This document shows positions 31,761 to 41,550 of a stretch of 41,550 nucleotides of DNA, one piece after another. Source of the DNA: Vicugna vicugna. Lineage: Eukaryota. Both the position numbers and the translations under genes were made by a program. The notes beneath the pieces were generated by a model. It had not been told where the DNA came from. It saw nothing but the letters and a program-made list of their open reading frames with translations, and searched no databases. How positions within the stretch are numbered: the stretch's first letter is position 1; the number at the start of each line of letters is the position of its first letter. The stretch is taken from contig MU058257.1 in assembly GCA_013265495.1 (NCBI GenBank), positions 875,418 to 916,967 of the forward strand, written 5' to 3'.

Positions 31761-34700
31761 ATTTCTCAAGACAAAAATCCTCTCTTCAGATCCTTCTTTG
31801 TTTTTGTTTCATCAATTGTTTCACCATCTCCTCTTGACACGTAAGAGGATTTTGTGAAAACTACTAGTGTTCCTAGCAGATTTCCTATAAACATCATATC
31901 ATATATGTTTCCTATTAGGGCTTCTAACATTCCACATGTTTTCAAAGGTAATTGGAAATACTGGAGACAATTTAAGGGTCATTATTGGGTTAGCCAAGAA
32001 AATAGCTAATGATGACTTTAGCTACCGGGCTATTCAGCCGATCATAGAACCCATTAGCTCAATTAAGTAAATCAAATAGGAAAAAGCATTGAGACTTAAA
32101 AACCCACCCACCACTACCTAGTATTTGCCTTCGAGCTACTATTTCATGGTGAATTCAACTTGTTTGTTCCTTCTGTGAAGAAGAAAATGACCAGATCGTC
32201 TGACTTAGCAGATGCAGTTGGCATCTGTGACTATAAACCAAAAATTACACCACAGAGCGATTTTAAGAAAGCAGGTAAGACTAGAAACTTTCCGTGTAAG
32301 CAGGGTGTGAGCCTCTCTGGGGTGGCTTATTTCCCAGCACTGGGGCAGGTGCATGCGGGAAGGAGTTTGTGGATTTTTTTCTTCCCATAAGGAATTATGT
32401 TTTCAATCCTGGAATGGTCTGTAGGTTCAGACTTGTGGGAAGGCAAGGAGCTAACACTGAGATGAACATTTATGACCCTAAATGTCCTAACTCTAGCTGT
32501 TTACAGCATCCAGATACTGAGAAGGCAAGTAAGCCTCAAAGACCAAGCCCTCCACGTAGTGCTGACTTGTGTCATTTTTTTGTTAGGCAAGTGGGCAAGT
32601 CACAGGATGTTTGCAGTGAGTCACGGAGAGAAAAGAATACCACAGCTCGTGTTGTTTAGTGTTTATTAAGTGTGATTATTCTGTTCTGATTGTGCTGCTG
32701 CTGGAGAGAGTTGGTCTATCGAGTGAATGTTCGAAATGGATGCAAATGCATAGTTCATCCAATTATAAACTCAGCAACTGATGTCATCTGTGCTGCGCTG
32801 GCAAATATTGGACAACCAGCTCCTCAACGTGGATTTCACAGTGTAGACCGGGGCGTAGACCCTCCCCGCAGGGCGGGCTGATACCGGCTTCCATGTGATG
32901 CCATCTGACTTGCACACCTGCTGGAAAGCCAATAATCGGCTTGAGCGAGTGGGACAACAGCTCCAGCCCATTCTGGATGCGAGCTAAGCTAACAAACAAG
33001 GAAAAGAAGGGCCTTCATGTTATTGGGATTCCAAGACAATCATTTCTTAGACAACACACCTAAATGCTTATATCTTTGCCAGCCTTCATCCCAGACTGGC
33101 AGAGGGTGTTGGGTCACGTTTTCTGAAGACGCCTCTGAAGGAGCCCTTTGGGAAGAGGCTGGTCTTCAGGAAATCTACATTCTAAATATCAGCTGTTCGT
33201 CCCCCTCATCTGCTTTGTCACCGAGAGCAAGTCATTCCATCTGGGTGTCATCCATCAAATAAACAGATTGCCTATGGGAAGGTATATGTTCTCTTCCACT
33301 TCCGTTGCTCCAAGTTAGTCCAAACTCAGCTCAGGTGCAGATCATCAAACTGGGTGTCAGTAGGCAAGTAGGACCTGCACCATGAGCGATCAGTGCCAGG
33401 TAGGACCTTGATCTCGCCCCGAGAGAAGCTGTTTTACTGACCCTGCGAACAGGTAGGGGCAGGTCTGCTTTCTTCAAGGCTGTGTCCCCACTTCTGCCAA
33501 AGCCCTCCCCTCATCTCAGCCCACCTGCTGCTGCCCTTCACCCCGACTTGGTGCCATGGCCTAAGAAATGTGAACTTTTTTCCTATCCCCATTTCTCCTC
33601 TGTTCCCTATGTCGTGAGTAAAATGTTCTGTCATGTTTATGCTGAAATACTCATCCCTGGGAGCAACAGGGGAATATCAGATTTGTGAAAATGAGGCATG
33701 CGGTTTAGGCACTTCAGTACAACAATGTAACATAATGAAACTCATCATTTACTTGCTGCCTATTCATTGGACCCTAATATCCTTTCTTTCTGTTGATACC
33801 TGTCTGCCTCAGCATCAGCTCTGCATGGCCGGGTCAGTGCACGTCTGCTGAGTGGATGGAGGGATGGCTGGTGCTCTTTCTGTCTGGGCAGATGAGGTGG
33901 CCCTGGTTCGTTTCCAGGCGTCTAGGGCGATGACACATTTTCCCTATTCCCGTGTTTTTCTTTATGTTCTCTGTTTATCTCTAAAGAATGGCAAGTAGCT
34001 TCTTGCCCTGTGGGGAGGATTCTGGCAGGAAGATGATCCTCTTTACCTGTCAGCTCCCTGCCAGAAACGCAGGCACTCGAACACTGGGAGAGGAGACAGC
34101 ATGCCACGCGGCTGCGAACAGTTGGCGGAGCAGCGAGGGCACAGAGCGGGTGGCACGTGTCCCCATCTCCACGCTCTGATCCAAAGCGTGTACAACAGAT
34201 GTACTGGGGGCTGGAGAACCGTGGTGCTCATTTGTGGAGGTGACAGAGCCGGGGAACGGGTGGGCCGCGGGGGCGGAGCCAGCACAGCGCCTCAGGCTGG
34301 TGACCCTGTTGGTTCCCCGGGTGGTTTTCCTTCAGAAACATTTTTAACCATTTGCAAGGCTGGAAGCCACGGCAGGCGCTGCTAATTTCACATTTCTTTC
34401 TAAGGCTACAGTGCCAGAACTAGGTTGCACAGAACTTCTTGAAAATGCTGCCTTCTTATGTTTGTTTCTGAGTAGAATTTAACCTCCAACTTGACAACAT
34501 TAGCATCTCAGAAAGCTTTTACGTTGTTGCCATTAATCATAAAAATGGCACGAGTGTATTCTAATTCTGGTGTAACTTGGTGATTTTTTCCCCAGTTATC
34601 AACCTTATTTCTTTTTTACATGTACAGTATTAAATACTTTTTCTTATTTCTGCTTCTGTTTTTATTTCTTTTTTCTTTTCCCTTTTATTCTAGGCCTCCT

Positions 34701-36654
34701 TTCTCTCACATATGCCCACACCTTATATCTTAGCTTTCATATTTCTCCAAGTTAAAAAAAAAATCTTAGGAAGTTGTGGGAATAACCATCTATTTGATAT
34801 CTAAATACATAGTCCCCAGGATCTTTTGGTATATTTCCACAATGAAGATGGTTTAAAAACAAAATCCCTGACAAAGGGATAAATTAACTCACACGTATCA
34901 AAGCAAAGTTAATCCCTAACTTCATATTTTAATCAATGTGTATTTTTAGTTTAAACTAAGTGGATTTTCTGGTCTTTATTTGACCAATTACAAAGTTGAA
35001 ATTGTATAGATTTTCACTCCTCAAAATTTAAAAAAAAATAGAAGATGCGACACTTTGACTTTTGAAAAAGTTAGTAGAGAGAGAGACCATGTCTGCTTCT
35101 AATCACACAAACTCGTTAAGGAAAAAAATTTTAAGTCAGCTGACGTTTTACCTTTCATTACTTATGATTTAAACCAGCTCATCTTTTTCCTTTCATTATT
35201 TTCATGACATCTAATAAGTGGCCTTATTGAATTGAAACATTTGCCGTGGGTTTGTGTATGTAGGACCAGTGTCTAAAAGAGTCACCTGTTTCACCAACAG
35301 CAGTTTTATACTTTCCATGAAATACAGGACTGAGAAAGACAATGTCTCTGTCTCCTCCATCTTGACTCTCTGCTTACTCCCACAAAAGAATGCAAATCGG
35401 GTCATTAGTTATTGACAGTGTTGTCAATTTAAGAGTAAAATCAGTAATAAACTATAACGTGCCTGACCTCCAATTACATATTTCATTTTAGAGGAAAATT
35501 TCATCAGTGACAAACCCCACATCCCTGCTTGTAACCTGGATTCTAAATCCACTGAAAGGATTATGGCGTAGAATCCTCAGTTGAGCAGAACTTTAAAAAA
35601 ATTACTATCATTTTATTTACTATCTGCTGTCACTTGAATGATCTCAGAAGCCCTAGCACTGCAGCAAGCAGAGACCAGATCAGGAGAGACACCACCCTGG
35701 CACCTACAGGGCAGCCCGCACCCCCCTGCCCACAGTGAGTCCCTCAGAAGACAGCAACGAGGAGGAGTCGTTAGGAAACACTTCATGATCGTGAGATTGC
35801 AAAGGGATGTGGCTGGGAGGATGAGCAGCGGCTCTCGCGGGTTTGGTCTTAGAGCCTGGCCCTGTTCTCTCTCATCTGCACATACATGCCTGGACTAGAG
35901 GGAAAGGGTTGGGGCCGCCTCTACCTCATATTCCTACGCAGCCAGGAATTAACTCCCAAAGGCCAGCGTGAGTCTGTTTTCCTTCTCATGCCTCGTTTGT
36001 GGAGAGACAGCTGGAAATACTCCTCTGTGTGCCCCATGCACCGACTCAGCACAATCTCTTGCTCACACGGTGGAGTTTAGATGTAAGGAAATTACTCACC
36101 CACCCTTTACCTACCTGGTGTGTGCACAATACAATAACTTGTCCCCAGAATGGTACAGATTACTACACTAATGAGAACATAGCCCCCAAATGGACAGAAA
36201 ATAATAAAGTCTGTATCTTTAAAAAAAAAACAAAACAAAACCCTAAGTTTTATACTCCATCAGCCAGTAATCATAGAATTTTAAAGTAAAAAAGAATGTT
36301 AGAGATCTTGAAAAAAGTACAGGAGTGGAGATAAGTTGCTTTGGTACAAAGTGAAAACACTGAATTTGGAATCAGAAGATCCAGGCAGATCAATGTTTTA
36401 TGAACAAGGAAAGTTTCATGGTGGCTTATATGATTTTATATATCATTTTCTTGAATGTCAAGATGACACCTTAAAATGAGTATTCAACAGGACCAAACTC
36501 GGAGAGTACGGGGCAGGGATCTCCAAGTTCCTGGAAGTTGTAAACCTCGTTGTTATTTCATTTTTAGAAGTCCTTCATGTACCTAGAGGTGTTTTCAACA
36601 CATTAAAAAACAATTAACTGGACTCAAATAAAATATGTATATCTTAAAGGAATC

Positions 36655-36785
36655 CATTGGAACTGAGAGAGGAAACCAAGATAAACTTTTTACTCTACGC
36701 ATGGAGTGTGTGGGGTTTTTTGTTTTTTGTTTTTTGTTTTTTTACAGTGAGCCTGTATTCAAGTATAATTAGTAGAGTAAAAAGC
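36655..36785 (+). mobile_element. Old L1ME-like 3' end with a (T5-6G)n tract
   Basis: aactttttactctacgca…ttttttacagtgagcctgtattcaagtataatt…taaaaa. Confidence 0.4.
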
Positions 36786-37437
36786 ACTATTAAAATGAAG
36801 AAAGGAATCTCTTACACGAGAAAGTACCAGAATGTTTCTACACCTCTGCCTCTACACTGTACATTACTTTGAGATAATAATCAGTGCAAAAACTACAGAA
36901 GCAGAATAAAGAAAAGGAATGCCATCCCATGTGTTTCCCCAAGCCTACAAATTAATATTGTTCTTACAAATTTTACACCATGTCTTAGTCAATTAGATTC
37001 ATCCTGAGATGTTTTCAAACACATGAAAACTGGAAATCTCTGCCAGGAAAAAGGTAAAATAGAGCCACAGAGTGTATCTAAACAAGGGGGCGTCCCTGAC
37101 CCAGTAGAAAATCTCTGAACTCTTCGTTCCTCTTGGGTAGACCCCCCCCTCAAGAGTCCTCTTCAGTGATACAAACTGTTTATCTGGTTGTTCACTGAGA
37201 TTCCTTGGCAAGTCATCAAAATGCTTTCTTTTGATCGGTTAGGCCACAGACCAGAAGACATACAATTATACATCTGTTATTATTTTTGCTCCTTGAAAGA
37301 TGATAGATTCTGGGGAAAGTTTATCCCTGCTGTGGTGGTGAAGATAAAGCTGAGAGTTTAGAAGACTAGGATACCCCTAAATGGTATTAGTCTTTGGGGC
37401 TCCCAAGAACCTAGTCATCTGTTCGTAAATCTTTGTT

Positions 37438-37525
37438 GAAGAAGGAATAGAAAAGAGGGATGCAGAAAAGAAGGAAGGAGGAAGAAAGGAAAGCAGAGGG
37501 AGGGAGGGCCGGAGCGAGGGAGGCA
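37438..37525 (+). repeat. Purine-rich (GA/GGA) low-complexity tract
   Basis: gaagaaggaatagaaaagaggga…aaggaaggaggaagaaaggaaagcagagggagggaggg. Confidence 0.6.
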
Positions 37526-38111
37526 GGCTGACGGGTACCAGTCTTTACACTAATTACTTTGGATGGAAATGACAATTGAGAAGCGGCCTTATTACCACCC
37601 CCAAGTGAGAAGTTCTCCCGGGCAGGTTCTTTATTCTATATCCTAAGCACGCGTTCCCAAGGAAGAACCCAAAGGGTATCAATAAACGTAAATGATGCAA
37701 CACAGAGAGATGAAAAACCAAATGCTCGCATGGGGCAGGCAGGAGCCTCGGGGAACGCTGAGGCTGAGCGGTTTTCTGTTTTTGCCCCTAACCTGTCCTG
37801 CTTTTGAATCTTAAAGCCCTGCCCTTCCCCCCTGCTCCGCCGCCAGGCCAACAAGTGCTGAGAAAAAGTAATATAGAGCTGAGCCAGAGTCTCTCCGAGG
37901 AAGAGTTAAAAAAAAAAGACTCAAAGCCAAGTGGGGACTAGACATTGAGGGAAAAAAAAAATCACAGGCAAATTAGCCCTACCCTGCACACGAGGTATTA
38001 CTAAAGGAATTTGAGACCACGGTGCCCTGAGGATAATTACACGACAATGAACTTCCCACCCAGCCCGCCTCCTGACTATATTAACACAAAGCCTTATACT
38101 AAATGCCTAGA

Positions 38112-39778
38112 ATGATCAATTATATACGCTAACAAATTGGATAATCTGGGAGATATGGACAAGTTCTTAGAAATATACAACCAACCAAGACTGAATCATG
38201 AAGAAACAGAATTTGAACAGACTGGTGAACAGGGAGATTGAATCAGAAATCAAAACCCTCCCAGAAAAGCCTGGGACTAGGTGGTTTCACTAATGAATTT
38301 CATAAAACACGAAAAGGAGAATTAGTGCCAGTCTTTCTCAAATGCTTCCCCAAAATTGAAGATGACAGATTACTCCCAAGCTCATTTTATCAGGCCAGCA
38401 TTATTCTGATATCAAAGCCAGATAAGGACATTACAAGGAAAGAAATAATAGGCAAATATCCTTGATGGATATAGACGCAAAAATTCTCAACAAAGTTCTA
38501 GGAAACCAAGTTAAGCAGACGTGAAAACAATGATACACCATGATCAAGTGCGGCTCATCCCTGGGATGCGAGATTTCTTCAACATACACAAATCAATGAA
38601 TGTGACACATCATATTAACAGAATAAAGGGTGAAAATTATTTGATTGTCTCAGTAATACGGGAAAAGAACTTGACAAAATTCAACACACTTTCATGACAA
38701 AAGGTCTCAATGAATAGTACAGAATTAACACACCTTAACATAATAAAGACCGTATGTGACAAACTCATCATCAACATCACGCTCAACAGTGAAAAATGGG
38801 AAGCTTTTCCTCTGCGATCAGGGACAAGAGTGCCCACTCTCACCACTCCTATTCAACACAGTGCTGATAGTCTTAGCCAGAGCAATCAGACAAGAAAAAA
38901 TGCAAAAGGCATACGAGTTGGACAGGAAGTAAAACTGTCTCTGTTTGCAGATGACATCATTTTATATGCAGAAAACCCTAAAGTCTCCACCAAAAAGCTG
39001 TTAGAATGGATGGATGAATTCAGTAAAGTTGCAGAATACGAAATCAACATACAAAAATATACTAAAGGTAAATATCTGAAAGAGAAATTTAAAAAACAAT
39101 CCTATTTACAGTAACATCAAAAACAAAGTACCTAGGAATAAATTTAGCCAAGGAGGTGAAAAATCAGTGTACACAGAACATTGATGAAAGAAACTGAAGA
39201 AGACATAAATAAATGGAGATATCCCAAGTTTGTGGATCAAAGGAATCATTATTGTTAAAATATCCATATGACTCATAGCCATCTATAGATTCAGTGAAGT
39301 TCCTATCAAAATTCTAGTGGCATTTTTCACAGAAATAGAAAAAAACAATCCTATAATTCTTAAAGAATCACAAAAGACACCAAATAACCAAAGCAATCTG
39401 GAGAAAGAGGAACAAAGCCGGGGGCATTGCACTTTCTGATTCCCAACTTTACAAAGCCATAGAAATCGGAACAACATGGTGCTGGCGTGACAACAGACAT
39501 GTAAGCCAAAGGGACAGACAGAGCACTCAGAAATGAGCCTGTGTGTTTGTGGTCAGCTAACACTCGACAAGGGAGCCAAGAACACCCAGTGGGGAAACAT
39601 CGTGATTTCAATAAGTGGTGCTGGGAAGACCGGATAATCACAGGCAAAAGAGTGAAATTGGCCCCCATCTTACACCACTCACAAGAATTAACCTGAAATG
39701 TATTAAATATTTAGTGTGAGATCTGAAACCATAAAACTCCTAGAAGAAAATATGGGGAAAAGAGTGCTTTGACATGGG
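38112..39778 (+). mobile_element. L1 ORF2 internal fragment (RT domain), decayed
   Basis: ORF remnants [35 protein letters not shown] and [19 protein letters not shown]. Confidence 0.93.
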
Positions 39779-39784
39779 ATGGGA

Positions 39785-40080
39785 GTGAGGAATTGGAAAT
39801 ATATCATTATAAGATGTGTAGTCAACACGTAAAGCAGTAAAACTGATTTCAAATTGGACACAAATTCCTTAAAATTTACATCATAAATCCTAAGACAAGC
39901 ACTAGCAATTAGTTTAAAGAGGTGAAATAATTCAATAGAGGAGGTGAAACTGAATTATAATAGCCTAATTAAACCTAGAGAATTCAGGAAAGGAAGAGAA
40001 ATAAACAAAGAACAAAAGGAACAAATAGCAATCAGATTGCAAGCTGGTTGATTTTAAGCCAAACATTTCAACCTTCAATT
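39785..40080 (+). mobile_element. Older L1M fragment (inter-ORF region/start of ORF2)
   Basis: taaatcctaagacaagcacta…caatagaggaggtgaaactgaatt…aaagaacaaaaggaacaaatag…gttgattttaagccaaacatttcaa. Confidence 0.55.
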
Positions 40081-41550
40081 CAGTCCCTGAACGTGAAGGG
40101 AGGCGCTGGACCTTCGGTCTTGATGCTGGCCTGCAGGGTGAATATTCTGGAATCATCTGTTTTGTTCCCCAAGCTCACCTTTCCAGAAAAGAACAAGATG
40201 GCTTCGTGAAGTAGGTATCCCCTGTGTGTCGTCTCCCGGGAAGCACCACAGAGTGATGGGAGAGTCACCAAGAGTGGAACTCAAGGCCTGGGGATTCTAG
40301 CTCAACCAGGCTGCAGTGGACCAGTGCCCAGTGCTGCAGGTGATACCAGGGGCCCCATATGCAGGAAGAGCCAGCTGCCTGGGGAGCACGGAATCCAAGA
40401 GGGCTTTGCAGATGAGGAGGACTTAAGTTGCTCAGTGGAGGGCAAGTTGGATGGAGGGGAAGCTTGCAGGAGACTAGCATGGGGCCCAGGGCTATTTGAT
40501 TCTGCCTAAAATTTCAGTTCTACTGAATGACCCTACATCGTCTGGTTGGAATGTGTTTGTCAGCCTTGCTATTCGAGGGGCAGTGTCTGCACAGAGTTAT
40601 TAAAAAGTGATCTGTGGCGGTCTGATCCCTGTCTGAGGCCTTTGAAATGATTTCCCATTAACTTCATTCACAGTGACTTTGGAGGGGGTGGGGCCTTTGA
40701 GTCACGCTCATTCTCACCTGAAGGAACAGCCCATCCTTTTGTTAAAAGTATTTTACTGATATTTACGGAGCAATTTGTGCTGTCTCCTCAAACAAATTAA
40801 AACACTTATTTTTTGCTTTCCTCAATTCAGTCAATTGTTAATAATCATGTTGTCATTTTTTCCCAGGCTTGGCACCAAAACTTTATTCATTTTCCATAGA
40901 AATTCTGTCACCAACCTACTATAAAAACTGTCATTATCTCTCAAAGTCACAGTCCTGACATCTGTTAAGTAAAGGTTTATTTTACACTTCAAAAGTCAAT
41001 CTGCACAGCCGACTAATCTCCTTCAGAATTTTACAGCTTGCTCTTGTCAAATATTTGGGAAAATAAAATTTGCTTTCAGAAAAATATTTGCTTTTCATCG
41101 AAAAGAAAAATACTCTTTATGTATCAAACAATTCGTTTCTTTTCCTGAAAAAGAAAAAACAAAACACCCTTCTCTTATCAATTGGTTTTTACAAAAAAAA
41201 TAAAGATAAAAGAATTGGATTCACATTTGTATGTTTTATATCAAGCTACACATCAAGCTCTTTCTTCTAACATCCCTGAAGGTTGAATGGGTCATTGAGG
41301 TTCCAGGGAATGGATTAGAAAGAAAATTCCAGCCACCTGGTTGGACTTGAAAAGGAGGGGAGAGACTGCTCCAGGTCCTCTGGGTGCTCCTCCAGCCTCT
41401 CACCATAGACCCTGCCTAAAAGATTTGGATCTGACCATGATCCTCTGTGCTAACCTCTCTGATCCATCGCATCCATCCCGGGATGCAGGGAACAAATCCT
41501 CACTTGCCTTCTAGTGCTGCTGGGAACAAAGGAAGGTAATAAAGACCTCA

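Noticed and set aside
38238..39114. Reverse-transcriptase-like ORFs as a novel RT system
   Set aside because: Ordinary fragmented L1 ORF2 (FADD motif) with stops and frameshifts.
1..41550. CRISPR arrays, tRNA/rRNA genes, operons or other prokaryotic/viral systems
   Set aside because: No regularly spaced repeats, structured RNA genes or dense ORFs were seen; the repeat content is unambiguously mammalian.

Overview
Mammalian genomic DNA, probably camelid: the L1 3' tail at 3732-3853 resembles the camelid form as I recall it. I can support no intact protein-coding gene, RNA gene or prokaryotic feature. Most listed ORFs are chance ORFs or decayed L1 fragments. Hand translation of the minus strand from ~22650 down to the window start shows a chain of about 20 exon-like segments, most with AG acceptors and/or GT donors. 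Their stop- and frameshift-ridden translations follow spectrin-repeat patterns, and the 5'-most exons resemble the N-terminus of CCDC141. I read this as an old, unprocessed (possibly unitary) pseudogene of a large CCDC141-like spectrin-repeat gene. Among these segments sits an orphan exon of a voltage-gated sodium channel (SCN9A-like, domain III S2-S3, 7843-8078) that keeps both splice sites and is split by a microsatellite. The rest is L1, L2, MIR, CR1/L3, MaLR and ERV1-LTR repeats, a small CpG-rich island (~6770-6945) and repeat-poor candidate regulatory DNA (31.4-33 kb). All protein similarities come from by-eye comparison with remembered sequences, not from a database search.
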